A stretch of DNA of 64,000 nt from an uncultured delta proteobacterium. Lineage in GTDB: Bacteria > Desulfobacterota > Desulfobacteria > Desulfobacterales > SpSt-501. Numbering within the stretch: position 1 is the first letter of the stretch; each line of letters opens with the position of its first letter. The DNA lies in the NCBI GenBank assembly GCA_963791285.1, contig CAWBSC010000025.1:92520-156519 (forward strand). The letters run 5' to 3'. This document shows positions 1 through 11,427 of this stretch, piece by piece. The notes beneath the pieces are model-generated. The model ran no database searches, had not been told where the DNA came from, and was given only the letters and a program-made list of their open reading frames with translations. The position numbers and the translations under genes are program-made.

Positions 1-598
1 CCAGGGTCCGGCCCTGCAGCAGCGCGGCCGCCGGCGCCCAGCGCCACAGCGTGAGCGCCCGGCGCGTCCGGCTGAAGCAGAGCTCGAAGCGCCCCGGCTG
101 GAAGCGGCTGGCCGCAAGTCGGAAGTCGCGCGGAAGGTCGGCGGAGATGTCGAACAGGCGCCAGCGGGTGCGCGGGCCGCGTGGGTGGTCCGCCAGCGAG
201 GACAGCACGCGCAGCGCCCGCCGCTCCCCCTCGGCGTCCCCCCGGTCGAAGAACTGAATCAGGCTCGCGGTGCCGCACTCGCGGCAACGCACGCACGCCC
301 CGACGGCACGCCGCCCGTCCGCGTTCCACTCGAAGGCCGATCCCTCCCGGCCCGGCAGCGCGAGCTGCCATTCGGACGGCAACGGGTACTCGCGGTAGAC
401 ACCGCCCTCGCGCCGCACCCCGCGCGCCAGCCGGCTCAACGGTCGTCCGCCGCCGGCGCCCCACTTGATCTCCATGGCCGGCCCGAAATCGGACTCGAAC
501 AGGAGGTGGTCCTCCGCGACGCGGCGGGGCTCCCACTCGACCGGAACCGATAGCTCGATGCCGCCCCAGGCGATCTCTCTGTAGTCGGCGTCCGTCAC
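1..598 (-). CDS. hypothetical protein, N-terminal part (gene runs off the left edge)
   Basis: Minus-strand frame is open from GTG at 598 to position 1 (VTDADYREIAWGGIELSVPVEWEPRR...CVRCRECGTASLIQFFDRGD...). It starts 9 nt after the stop of the upstream gene. It is absent from the supplied track because it is open-ended. No family recognised. Confidence 0.45.
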   Translation of the reverse strand, partial: MTDADYREIAWGGIELSVPVEWEPRRVAEDHLLFESDFGPAMEIKWGAGGGRPLSRLARGVRREGGVYREYPLPSEWQLALPGREGSAFEWNADGRRAVGACVRCRECGTASLIQFFDRGDAEGERRALRVLSSLADHPRGPRTRWRLFDISADLPRDFRLAASRFQPGRFELCFSRTRRALTLWRWAPAAALLQGRTL

Positions 599-607
599 GG
601 GCGGCCG

Positions 608-1228
608 TCACCGTTTCGGGACGAGGTGGTCCCAGCCCGGGTTCCCGCCACCCGGGGCCGCCTGGCCGCCCGCGAGGTCGCGGCGGGGGTCCGCCTGCTT
701 CCGCGCGCATTGGGCGTCTTCCTCCAGGCGGTTGACCAACGTGAGTTTGACGGCATTGCCGAGCTTCTCGTCCTCGTCCTCCTGATTGTGCTGCAGGGTG
801 AGGCTGATGCGGTCCCCGCGCTCGTCCGTGAAGGACCACTTCCATCCCACGAAAACGCCGAACGGGTCCCCCCGGTACTCGTCCGGGTTGCCGAAGCGCA
901 CCTTGTACCGCTTGAGGAGATCGTCGTAGAAGGCCCGGCTGCCGTCGGCGTACTTGAGCTTGATGCGCACGACGACCTCGGGCCGGCGGCAGGTGGTGTA
1001 GGCGATCAGCCCGCTCTTGAAGCCGTCGACCGGCCGGATTTCCACCTCGCGCAGGCTTTCCATGTAGCGGACCGGCAGGGCGGTCTGCATGAGGACGCGG
1101 TCGACCGCATCCTCGATGGGCTGCCCCAGGGTGAAGCCCGCAATCGAGCGCGGCGGCTCGGCCGCCCCGGCCGGACCGGCCCACAGCGCGGCCGCCGCCG
1201 CAATAGCCAGAAGAACCCGATAGCGCAT
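608..1228 (-). CDS. secreted hypothetical protein
   Basis: 206-aa ORF. The N-terminus MRYRVLLAIAAAAALWAGPAGAAEP looks like a Sec signal peptide. Same strand and operon as the membrane/ABC genes upstream. No family recognised. Confidence 0.7.
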   Translation of the reverse strand: MRYRVLLAIAAAAALWAGPAGAAEPPRSIAGFTLGQPIEDAVDRVLMQTALPVRYMESLREVEIRPVDGFKSGLIAYTTCRRPEVVVRIKLKYADGSRAFYDDLLKRYKVRFGNPDEYRGDPFGVFVGWKWSFTDERGDRISLTLQHNQEDEDEKLGNAVKLTLVNRLEEDAQCARKQADPRRDLAGGQAAPGGGNPGWDHLVPKR

Positions 1229-1360
1229 GTCTTCCCCTCCCCGTTGCCGACGCCGCCGGGCGTCGCGCGTGATGAGGCCATTTTAAGGCGCAGGGCGGGG
1301 GAAAGCAACCGGGGAGACAGGGTTCAAGAGAAGAGACCAACCGGGGGCGAGCAGGGCTGA

Positions 1361-1466
1361 GGGTTCAGGGTTCAGGGTTCAGGAGGAAACAGCAGACTCG
1401 GGGAATCTCTCTTCCCTGAACCCTGAACCCCGAACCCTGTAAACGTCATCCTGATCCTGAACCCTG
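1361..1466. repeat. heptamer-repeat hairpin, (GGGTTCA)n / (TGAACCC)n arms
   Basis: 1361-1383 GGGTTCAGGGTTCAGGGTTCAGG is complementary to 1415-1437 CCTGAACCCTGAACCCCGAACCC (22 of 23) with a 31-nt loop. A further CCTGAACCCTG lies at 1456-1466. Intergenic, inside the operon. Confidence 0.85.
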
Positions 1467-1479
1467 TGTCCTGCGACTT

Positions 1480-3441
1480 TCAATATGGGAGCCGGGTCAG
1501 AGACTTCAAGATGAGGGTGATGCCCATGGCGAACATGCCGCTCAGCCCCATGCCGCAGGAGAACCCGGCCAGGAGCACGGGCGCGTACTGGCGCCACATG
1601 GCCCCGTAGCGCCGCAGGAAGAGGAAACGCCCGAGCAGCGCGCCCGCGACCTCCAGGATCAGCCCGTGCGGCGTGCTGTGGCCCAGGCCCCGCACCAGCC
1701 CGTAGACCAGCATGACCGGGAGCCCGAAGATCGTCAGAACAAGGTAGAGCACCACCCCGAGGGCCGTCCCCGCGCCGACGTGGATCCAGTTAAGGGCCTG
1801 GAAGAAGAGCGAGTTGCCCTCGAGGGTCGAGGTCTGCATCAAGAGCGAGTTCAGCGCTTGCAGGTGCCACAGCTCCTGGGCGAAGGGGTAGGCGCTCGAG
1901 GGGATCGGGGCCAGCCGCCAGATGAACTGGGAGAAGAGCAGGCTCGCCACCATCACGACCGGGAAGACGACGATCTCGGACTTGATGATGCCGCGGATGC
2001 TGGTGCCGGTCAGCTCGATCTCCCGGAAGCCCACCGTCGCGCCGCCGTAGTTGTGGATGGGGATCGGGGCGTACCAGATCTCGATCCCGTGGTAGCCGAA
2101 GTACTTCGCGCCGGCGATGAAGCTTGCCTCCCGCACCAGCGGCAGGCTCACGAACTGGCCGGCGATGCCTTCCATGCGGGCCGTGATGTACGAGATCAGG
2201 GGCGTGTAGACGAACCCGTAGATGAGGAAGAAGGCCACCGGGAAGGACGGCACGAGCCAGGCGCAGAGCAGGACATAGGCGCTCGTCGAGGCCACGTAGA
2301 TGCCGATCGACAGCCAGAAATTGATGTCGCCCCGGCCCGGCGGCGGGCGGAAGAGGTCCCGCAGGTTGCCGCGCGTGGCAGCCCCCATGCGGCCGAAGGA
2401 GCGCACGACGTGCCACACCCCGATCAGGCCGATGGCCAGCCCCAGCCCGATTCCGAAACTGAGATAGAAGTCGAAGCTGTTGGCGAACAGGGTCTCGACC
2501 GTGCGCATGCCCGGGTGCCAGCGGCTGAGAATGCCGTGGTGGTAGAGGATGGGATTGGCCGTCACGGTGATCGCGAGCGCCGCCAGCCCGCCCATGACGG
2601 CCCAGAAGGGCAGCACCATGCCCACAAAGACCAGCCCCAGGTCGAACTGGAGCCCGGTGGCGACCGCAGGCAGCCAGTCCTCGGTGTGCAGGGTCAACTC
2701 GATCCAGGGGATGGGGATCAGCCGGATCGGTTCGATCAGCACCAGCCCGGAGAGCGCCGGCAGCAGGACGTACACACCGCCGAACAGCAGCCCGATCATG
2801 CCGCCGATCGAAAAGACACGCCATTTCCACCCGCGCTCGCGCTCCTCGGTCGACTCGGCCAGCGCCATGGTGCCCAGGGCGGCCACCGGCGCCATCGGGA
2901 AGGGCAGCTTCTCCACGTCGGAGGTGATGCGGTAGAGGGCGTACCCGAGCCCGAACTGGTCGACGCGGGTGATGATCTGCGTGCCGATCAGGAGCAGGAT
3001 GGGGACGAGCCAGTCGCGGTGGAAGAGACTGCGTTCGACCAACGCCTCGGAGCCGAGCGGGGGGGCGACCCAGGCGGGGATGAGGTCGGTCAGCCCCAGC
3101 ATGCGCGCCGCGTCGGACTGGACCAGGTACTGGTTCCAGAGCATCCCCTGAAAGGGGGTGTGCAGCGCGGCCCCGGCCATGTAGTAGAGGAGGAAGATTT
3201 CCTGCTGCTTGAGGTCGCTGTAGGCGCGCTTGGCCAGCTCGGCGAAAAGGATAATGGTGACCCAGCGCGCGGCCGGCCCGATGCCGGTACCGATCACCAG
3301 CTGCAGGTACATGCTGCCGGGCATCATCAGAAAGCCGATGAAGATCGCCCCGACGACCGTCTTCCAGTCGAAGCCCTCCTCGAACTGGGTGGGTGCGATC
3401 AGCAGGTCGCGGTATTCCTGGAGCTCTTTGTCTTCTTTCAT
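1480..3441 (-). CDS. large polytopic inner-membrane protein, family not assignable by eye
   Basis: 653-aa ORF with many hydrophobic segments (e.g. VVGAIFIGFLMMPGSMYLQLVIGTGIG, LGLVFVGMVLPFWAVMGGLAALAITV). Similar size and style to the neighbouring 680-aa membrane protein. Confidence 0.85.
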   Translation of the reverse strand: MKEDKELQEYRDLLIAPTQFEEGFDWKTVVGAIFIGFLMMPGSMYLQLVIGTGIGPAARWVTIILFAELAKRAYSDLKQQEIFLLYYMAGAALHTPFQGMLWNQYLVQSDAARMLGLTDLIPAWVAPPLGSEALVERSLFHRDWLVPILLLIGTQIITRVDQFGLGYALYRITSDVEKLPFPMAPVAALGTMALAESTEERERGWKWRVFSIGGMIGLLFGGVYVLLPALSGLVLIEPIRLIPIPWIELTLHTEDWLPAVATGLQFDLGLVFVGMVLPFWAVMGGLAALAITVTANPILYHHGILSRWHPGMRTVETLFANSFDFYLSFGIGLGLAIGLIGVWHVVRSFGRMGAATRGNLRDLFRPPPGRGDINFWLSIGIYVASTSAYVLLCAWLVPSFPVAFFLIYGFVYTPLISYITARMEGIAGQFVSLPLVREASFIAGAKYFGYHGIEIWYAPIPIHNYGGATVGFREIELTGTSIRGIIKSEIVVFPVVMVASLLFSQFIWRLAPIPSSAYPFAQELWHLQALNSLLMQTSTLEGNSLFFQALNWIHVGAGTALGVVLYLVLTIFGLPVMLVYGLVRGLGHSTPHGLILEVAGALLGRFLFLRRYGAMWRQYAPVLLAGFSCGMGLSGMFAMGITLILKSLTRLPY

Positions 3442-3503
3442 TCGCGCAGACCGTACGTGTGTCGATGCGTGCTCAGGATCCCGGGAGCCGGGTTCGGCTC
3501 AAA

Positions 3504-3583
3504 GGGTTCGGGGTTCAGGGTTCAGAAAAAGAACCTCGCTTCCGTGGGTCTTTCCTGAACCCTGAACTCTGAACCCTGACCCC
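3504..3583. repeat. heptamer-repeat hairpin, (GGGTTCA)n / (TGAACCC)n arms
   Basis: 3504-3525 GGGTTCGGGGTTCAGGGTTCAG pairs with 3554-3583 CCTGAACCCTGAACTCTGAACCCTGACCCC across a 28-nt loop. The arms are nearly identical to those of the element at 1361-1437. Confidence 0.85.
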
Positions 3584-3597
3584 TAATTCCATCCCCA

Positions 3598-5640
3598 TCA
3601 ATCCGGTAACACCATGTAGCTCGCATAGCTGAACAGCCCGTAGATCGCCCACGAGCCGGCCATGAAGAAGTCGCCGATGATCAGGCCGACGAAAAACAGC
3701 CGCAGCTTCGTATAGAGCGCCGTCCCGCCGTAGCGCATACAGAGTGCGCTGCAGATCCAGCCGACGAAGAAGCTGAACCACAGCGTCCACATGGCCGAGC
3801 TGTAGGCCGTGAGGTAGCCGATCGGGTGAATCGGCCACCAGTAGAACCGGTGGTACCCGACGACCAGCGCCAGCATGACCACGGCTCCGAGCGCGATGAA
3901 CTGCAGAACCCAGCGGTTGGGTTCGGCCGGGGTCTCGATCAGGCTGAAGACCGTTTCGTAGACGCCGACCGTCGTGCGCGTCGCCCAGTCCATCTGCAGT
4001 TCGCGCCCGCCGAACTTGTAGCAGACGGCCAGCATGGCCGCAAAGGAGGCGAGCACCCCGAGGGCCAGGGTGAACATCAGGCCCAGCGCCACCCAGCGGT
4101 TGTTGCGCACCCCGTCGGTCACCTTGCGGGTGTGCAGCAAGGCCGGCATCAGCGCCTCCCGCAGGTCGAGGAAGAGCACCTTCTGGACCACCGCCGCGAC
4201 CACCAGGCCGGTCTGGGTCAGGAACCGCGACCCGAAGAAGGCGGTGACCGCGTCGAGCGGGGCCGTCGTGAGCGTGAAGTAGGTGATCCCGCCCTGGCAG
4301 ATGACCCGCACGGCGACCAGGGTGAACAGGAAGAAGGCCGACAGCACCACGAGCGCGGCCCCGACCGGCAGCCCGTAGTGGTGGCACCAGGCCACCAGCG
4401 CCGCGCAGCCGACGACCAGGCCCCAGAAGGCCGGGCGGCTGGTGATCCACTCGGTGGCCGGGTCCTCCTCCTGCCGCCGGCCGATGGCTTTCAGGAGGGT
4501 GTCCTTGAAATGAAAGCGGGCGAGCCAGGCGAGAAAGAGGAAGAAGACGATATAGGCCCCGATCGACTGGGTCTCCTCCGGCCGCGAGAGGGTCGCGCTG
4601 AAGGTGGTGCCGAGCGCCGCCGCGGGAATGTTGACCCCCAGCACGCTCAGCAGACCGATCAGCAGGCACCCCGCCAGGAAGAAGACCCACAGGGAGAAGG
4701 AGATCTGCCGGGCCGTCAGGAAGGCGAAGCCGATGAAGGCCGGGTAGATGCAGATCTTCAGTTTGAAAAAGCCCGAAAAGAGCCCGGCCTTCGGGAAAAA
4801 CTTCCCCGCCAGGATCAGGGTGGGGATCGAGGGGATAGAGGGGTTGTAGAAGCTCAGCCCGTTCAGCAGGTGCAGGCAGACCGGCACCAGCAGCCCCGCG
4901 ATCAGCCACCGGTCGAGAAAGAAGCGGCCGATCCGGTTCTCGTCGAAGGCCTCCTGCAGCATGATCGGGACCCGCAGCAGAGGGAAGTTCATGCGCTCGT
5001 TGTAAAGCGGCTGGCGACTGAGCAGGCTCACGACGCAGACCATGATCGCGTAGCAGAGCAGGATGAACCCGGTCCAGTGCAGCAGGGGCCCCGCCCAGGC
5101 CCCCCACGGGACGGCCCGCAGCACCTCCGCCCACCCCATCTGCCGCGCACCTGCGATCCCGTTGTAGAAGAGGTCGACCGCCTCGGCGCCCGCCGGGTAC
5201 CAGCCCGCGGGCAGGTGGGGCAACAGCACCTGCGTCCAGCGGTTTTCGACCGTGGCGAAGTAGAAGGGGGCGGTCAGGTTGATGAAGAACGTGCGGGCCA
5301 GGCCCGTCCAGGCGATCCCGGAGAGCAGCACCATCAGGCACCACATGACCAGCAGCTCCCGGCCGGTCAGCAGGCCGCGCCCCCGCATGAGCGCCCGCAG
5401 CCCGGCCGTCGCCAGCATCAGCCAGACCAGGATGTAGAAGGGTGCGAGCGGGAACTGGCCGCCGCCGAGGGGGGTCCCCTGCAGGTAGGCGTTGTTGAAC
5501 GGCGTCAGCACGCAGACGACCAGGGCGAACGCGGCGCCGAGCACGATCGCCCGCAGCCGGACGCGGTCCCCCCGACCGGGGTCGGCCGCGGCCGGCGCCA
5601 GGTCCGGGCGCCCGGCGGATGTCTGCGGAGTCATGGGCAT
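3598..5640 (-). CDS. large polytopic inner-membrane protein, family not assignable by eye
   Basis: Sensible sequence starts at MPMTPQTSAGRPDLAP (ATG 5640, alternative ATG 5634) within the 921-aa track ORF. It overlaps the stop of the upstream gene (ATGA at 5631-5634). Many TM segments (AIVLGAAFALVVCVLTPF, FYILVWLMLATAGL ...). Confidence 0.8.
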   Translation of the reverse strand: MPMTPQTSAGRPDLAPAAADPGRGDRVRLRAIVLGAAFALVVCVLTPFNNAYLQGTPLGGGQFPLAPFYILVWLMLATAGLRALMRGRGLLTGRELLVMWCLMVLLSGIAWTGLARTFFINLTAPFYFATVENRWTQVLLPHLPAGWYPAGAEAVDLFYNGIAGARQMGWAEVLRAVPWGAWAGPLLHWTGFILLCYAIMVCVVSLLSRQPLYNERMNFPLLRVPIMLQEAFDENRIGRFFLDRWLIAGLLVPVCLHLLNGLSFYNPSIPSIPTLILAGKFFPKAGLFSGFFKLKICIYPAFIGFAFLTARQISFSLWVFFLAGCLLIGLLSVLGVNIPAAALGTTFSATLSRPEETQSIGAYIVFFLFLAWLARFHFKDTLLKAIGRRQEEDPATEWITSRPAFWGLVVGCAALVAWCHHYGLPVGAALVVLSAFFLFTLVAVRVICQGGITYFTLTTAPLDAVTAFFGSRFLTQTGLVVAAVVQKVLFLDLREALMPALLHTRKVTDGVRNNRWVALGLMFTLALGVLASFAAMLAVCYKFGGRELQMDWATRTTVGVYETVFSLIETPAEPNRWVLQFIALGAVVMLALVVGYHRFYWWPIHPIGYLTAYSSAMWTLWFSFFVGWICSALCMRYGGTALYTKLRLFFVGLIIGDFFMAGSWAIYGLFSYASYMVLPD

Positions 5641-8600
5641 GGGGCCGCCTGTTCCGCGACGCCGTGCCGGTCGCGGCCGGCCGGCGCGCCTACAGGAGCG
5701 GCCACGGCCTGCGCCAGGCGCTCCTCGAAGTGGGCCTTGGTCGCGTCGTCCAGGGAGCGCCAGATCAGCAACTGGCGCCGGATCGCGTGCAGGAACCCCT
5801 TGTTGATCCGCCGCCAGGTGTGGGATTCGCCCGACTCCCGGGTCAGGGTCACCTGGATCTCGACGAACCCGGGCTCGGTGCGGGACGGCGTGAAACGCAG
5901 CTCCGCCCGCTGCATGATCCCGAAATCGAAGGGGGCGAGCCACACCCGGCAGACCAGGCGCAGACACTCGCCCACCTCGCAGCGACCCTCCGCGCAGCCT
6001 GCGGCGGCCGCGGAGCCGGACTGGATGTCGCAGGCGAACGCGATGTTGATGTGCGAGGTCGAAAACCGCCCGTGGGAGACGTCGAAGTGCCCCTCGAAGA
6101 AATCGTAGAGGAAGCCGCCGACGCTGCGGTGTTCCCGGTAGGTCATCAGGAACGGGAACACCAACGCGAGGGTGTTGCCGCTGGCGGGCGGCAGCGTCCA
6201 GGAGCGGTTCACGTCCGGGATGGCGATCTGCCCGGCCACCCACGAGGGGTAGATGGCGGAGAGCAACACCACGGCCATGACGAGCAGCATGGCCGCCACC
6301 CCGCCCATGGACGAATAGTTCACCGTGATCCCGGACCAGACGCTCGTCCCGGCGAAGAGCCACGCGCTGGTCTGCGCGAGCAGGTAACCGAACACGACGC
6401 TCAGCACGGCGAAGGCCAGCGCCTCGGCGATGAACAGGAACGAGACGTGGGACGGGGCCAGACCGACCGACGTGTAGACGGCGATTTCGCGCTTGCGCTC
6501 GTACACGCTGCCGATCATGGTGTTGAGCACGATGGACACCGAAATGGCGAGCGGGATGATGATGTTGGGCACGCCGCTGTAGCTCATCGTGTCGCTCGCG
6601 TGGTAGAGGAAAGTCCCCTCCGGCTCGCCGCTGAACAGCGACAGCCCGAAGCGGTCCACCAGCTCCCGGGCCGTGGCGACGACCTCGGGAGAGTCCACGC
6701 GCACCGCGATGGCCTTCAGGCTTCCGCCCGCGGCCATAAGCGTCGGGTAGGGGACGATCACGATGAGGTCGGCCGGGGTGTGCTGGTAGCGGCTCTGGTA
6801 CTCGCGCACGTCGTCGCCGGACTCGAGGGATTCGGTCTCCTCCTCGGACAGGTCCGTCGACGACTCGCGCGGGAAGGTCACCGGCGTCAGGGGCTCGCCG
6901 TCCAGGTCGGTGCGCGCCTGCAGACTGCGGCCCGAGAACACGCCGGTCACTTCGAAGTCCATCCCCCAGAGCGAGACGGTCTGCCCCGCGCCATGCCGGG
7001 GGTCCAGCCCGAGGCTCTCGGCCAGCCGCTCGGAGATCAGGACGGCCCGGCGGTCCTGGGCGGTGAACCAGCGACCGGCCGTCAGCACGTCGCCCAGGCC
7101 CGAAACCTCCGGCTCGGCGTGGGACAGCCCCATCATCCCGAGCGCGTCGATGCTCCGCCCGTTGGCCCTCAGCGGGATGACGCTCGTGCGGGTGACGTCG
7201 TCCTCCTCCAGCCAGGCCCGCGGGACCGTCAGCCCCTTGCCCGCGAAAAAAGCGGATACGGAGCCGAACGCCTCAACGGGCAGCTCGCCCCAGTTCACGT
7301 TCTTCAGGAGAAACCCCTGGTAGGTCGCCCCCGGGCTGTAGAGGATTCGCGCGTGCCGCCGCAACGACTTGACCGAGGTGAAGCTCATGATCGTGAAGGT
7401 GAGCAGCACCAGGGTGATGCAGGTGAGCGCGGTGCGCACGCGTCGGCGTCTGAGGTTGCTCACCCCCAGCAGGAACGCCGCCACGAACGCTTTCCAGCGG
7501 CCGATCTCCCCGGCCGAGGCGACGCGCGCACGGGTCTGCAGCCGGGCCATCTCGTGCTCGAAGCGGAAAAAGATGATCAGCGTCACGATCAGGGACAGCC
7601 CCATGATCAGGAAGGCGAGGATCACCACCATCGGGCTGTAGGCCAGCTGGAAGGCCGGGTGCACCTGGTAGATGACCGCCACCAGCAGCAGCAGGATGGC
7701 GCCCAGCGCAATGAGCCGTTTGTAGACGTTGGCGTAGGCGAAGAGGAGCCGCTCCAGGCAGAAGGCGAACGGCACGAACAGCGCGATGTAGAAGAGGACC
7801 CCGTAGAGGACGTCCTTCTGGGTTTTCTCCACGTCGTCGTAGACCCGGGTCGCGAGCGCCCAGGCGCGCGAGCTCGCCTCGGCGAAGCGGTCGTAGGCCG
7901 CGGCCGCCCAGGCCGCCTCGGCGCTCTGGACGGCCGCCGTGCCCTCCGCCTGCAGCTGCCGGATGTGCTCGTTGACGATGCCGCGCTGCTCGAGGTTGGC
8001 GATGCGCGGGCGCAAGCAGCGTCCACATGTCGCGTGCCACCAGGTACTCGGTGCGGTGCAGCCGGGGGGTGTCCTCCACCTCGTACCCGACCCCGGTCGG
8101 CGACCGTTCGCTCGCGTTGATCAGCACCAGCTTGCGGCGCAGCACCGTGTCGGACAGGGTGAGCTTGAGCGCTGTTCCCGGCTCGAGGTAAAAGGTGCCG
8201 ATCGTCGAGGCGAGCGTGTCCAGCCGGCTCATGTACCAGTGCGACGGCTCGGCATCGCGGCGACCGTCCAGGACGTCGGCCTTGGTGAGATACCGGAAGG
8301 TGCGCGGCTCGAGCAGGCCGAAGGCGGTGGTCCCCTTGCCGGCGAACATGACCAGGTCGCTCTCCATCGAGCGGCGGTTCATGCGCACCCGGTAGGCGTC
8401 CTTGGCGGTGAGCTTCTTGTCGATGACCCAGACCGCCTCACCCGTCTGCGGGTCGAACCGGTAGCCTTCGAGCACCACCTTGTAGAAGCTGTGGGTCTTG
8501 TCGGCCACCCCTTTGAGGCTGAAGCGCCCCCGCGGGTCCACCATGCTGTAGAAGCGCGACTGCCCCTGGTAGCCGAGCAGGACGGTCCCCGGCGCGGGCT

Positions 8601-10603
8601 TGTCGGCGAACAGCTCGCCCTGGCGCAGAAACTTGGCCCGCCCGCTGACGGTGGAAAACCCGTTGCGCGGCGCCTCGGGGCTGCGCAGGTGCGCGGTCCG
8701 GGACAGTCCCTCGATCATGCCGCAGACGACCTGAGCCTGGCGCGCGGCGAAGGCGAGGTCGACCCGCTCCGGGGTGTCGGCAGGCGTTCCCCAAGCGGGC
8801 CGGGCATCGCCGGTGGTCGCCAGGGTGACGCCGTGGATCCCCGCCAGCGCGAAGACCTCGCCGCCCAGGGCCGGCTTGTCCGGGAAGTACGTCTGCCAGG
8901 ACCGGGTCTGGCTGGGCCGCAGGGTGTCCTTGAACATCCTGGCGGCGCCGGCCGCTTGCTCGGCACCGGGCGCGGCCTGCTGCAGGGCGTCCTCGAGCAC
9001 GGCGTAGGCCGGCACGCGGTTGATGCGCGGACGCAGCGGGTAGAGCCAGCCGTAGTTGAAGGCCCCGAACCCGTCGCCGTGGCTGGACAGGTGCAGCGAG
9101 AGCGCCGCGACGATCTCGGCCTCCTGGACGCTGCCGCGCAGGCGCACGGCGCTTTCGAGCAGGCGCAGCTGCTGGCGCAGGTCGGCGAGAAGCAGCTGCT
9201 GGCCGTCGCGCGCGCGCGCGGCCACCTGGGCCATCAGCGCCTGTTCGGCCGCCGACATCCCGTCGTAGGAGCTGCGCCAGCTCAGTCGGCGCAGCTGCTC
9301 GCGCTCGGCGCTGAGCGCCTGGATGCGGCGCGGGTCCTGGCCGTGCCCGGCCAGCCGCAGCTGCATCAGCTGCCGCGAAACGAGGTCGGCCTCGGTCTTG
9401 AGCTGCTCCTCCAGCGCCTCCCGCAGCAGGGCGGCCGGAGTCCTCCGGCGGGCCGCCCTCCCCGTCCGCGGCGCCTCCGGCCGGCGGCGAGACCGCCGGC
9501 CGGGACGGGCCGCCGTCGAAGTGCGCCTCCGCGAGGGCCTGCACGGCCGCCCGCGCGCGCTGGACGGCGCGCCGCAGGTCGGTGCGCGCGTCGCGCAGGT
9601 CCTTGGAGCGCGCGGTGAGGGCCCACACCAGCTCGCGCAGCCCGGCCATCGCCTGGGCGTGCCCCGAGGTGGCTACGAGCAGCACGGTGCGCTCCGGCGG
9701 ACGCTCCTTGAACCCGCGGGCCAGCTGCAGCAGCGTCACGGCGCCGATCGCCTCGTCCGCGCCGGGGGAGAGCCCGGCCACTCGCGCGGTGCTGTCGTAG
9801 AAAGACTCCACCAGGAGAATTTCCTTGCGCCGCTCGGCCGAGGATCCCGGGATGAGGCAGACGATGTTCTCGGAGACGGCGTTCTCCCATGCAGCGTCGG
9901 CCCGAAGGCTGACCGCCTCGGCCACGAGCCCGCCGGGAGTCGCGGCGAAGTCCCCGAACGCGCGGGCGAGGTCCTCGGCGCTCGCCCAGAACCGCGGGAA
10001 GCCCAAGGGCGAGAGCTCGAATTTGTCCTCGAACAGGAACCGCGGGGATTGCCCGCGGTCCACGTAGATGAGCGCGTTCGCCCCGAAGTCGGCCGCGCGC
10101 AACCAGCCGGCGCCCGAATCGAGCTCCATCAGCAGGATCGCCCCCTCGATGGGCTTGCCGTTCAGCTGCTCGAGCTCGCCGTTGCCGACGTAGACGAGCG
10201 GGCCGTTCAACCCCGGCGGGGCCACGGCCGGCGGGGTGAGGGCGTTGCCGGCCAGCGCCCGCAGCGGGAGATTCCCGGACCGGCCCGGGACGCTGAGCAC
10301 ACTGTCGCCCGGCACGGATGACCGGCACCGTGAACGCCTGGGTCGCCACCGCTCCCGGGAAGAGCTGCTCGAGCGTCGTGCGGATGGCGTCGGCCGCCCG
10401 GCCGTTGCCGGCGGTGCCGGTGCTGCGGTCGCCATGGGAGGCCAACGCGCCGATCGCCTCTGCGAAGGCGACCGCCTGCGCGTCGTCTGCGGTGGCAGGC
10501 CGGCACGACGCCCCGAGGACCAGGCAGACGGCCAGGATCGCCGCCGGGAGACGGCGGCCGCCGCGCGCCGATACCGGCCGATACGGCTTGGCCGCCCGGG
10601 TCC

Positions 10604-10607
<4 letters not shown>
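5631..10607 (-). pseudogene. ~1650-aa fusion protein: signal/TM anchor, M28-peptidase-like (PA-type) ectodomain, long coiled/beta-rich region, MacB-like periplasmic domain, FtsX 4-TM permease and a ~190-aa C-terminal domain; broken by 3 frameshifts in this assembly
   Basis: Sense sequence runs through three track ORFs (9366..11015, 8438..10435, 7273..9366) into 5631..8015. Frame switches lie near 10300, 9430 and 8015 (DMWTLLA then RPRIANLEQRG). Start is GTG at 10607, overlapping the ABC ATPase stop (GTGA). M28-like block: [10 protein letters not shown]...[20 protein letters not shown]. FtsX block: YERKREIAVYTSVGLAPSHVSFLFIAEALAFAVL. Confidence 0.75.
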
Positions 10608-11344
<737 letters not shown>

Positions 11345-11427
11345 GGCGAGAAACCAATTTCAGATTTGAGATTCGAAAGTTGAGGTTCAGAACCGGTTCA
11401 CCGTCTCGGCTGATCCCCTGTCCGCGT

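Noticed and set aside
1666-8120. Very long plus-strand ORFs (1666..3558, 3826..6108, 5619..8120), with similar ones elsewhere (24044..26077, 26242..27519, 33898..36492, 19436..21151).
   Set aside because: They are antisense to genes with clear family motifs. Their translations are R/G/P/D/H-rich low-complexity strings typical of the stop-poor antisense frames of GC-rich DNA. They have no recognisable motifs and no sensible starts.
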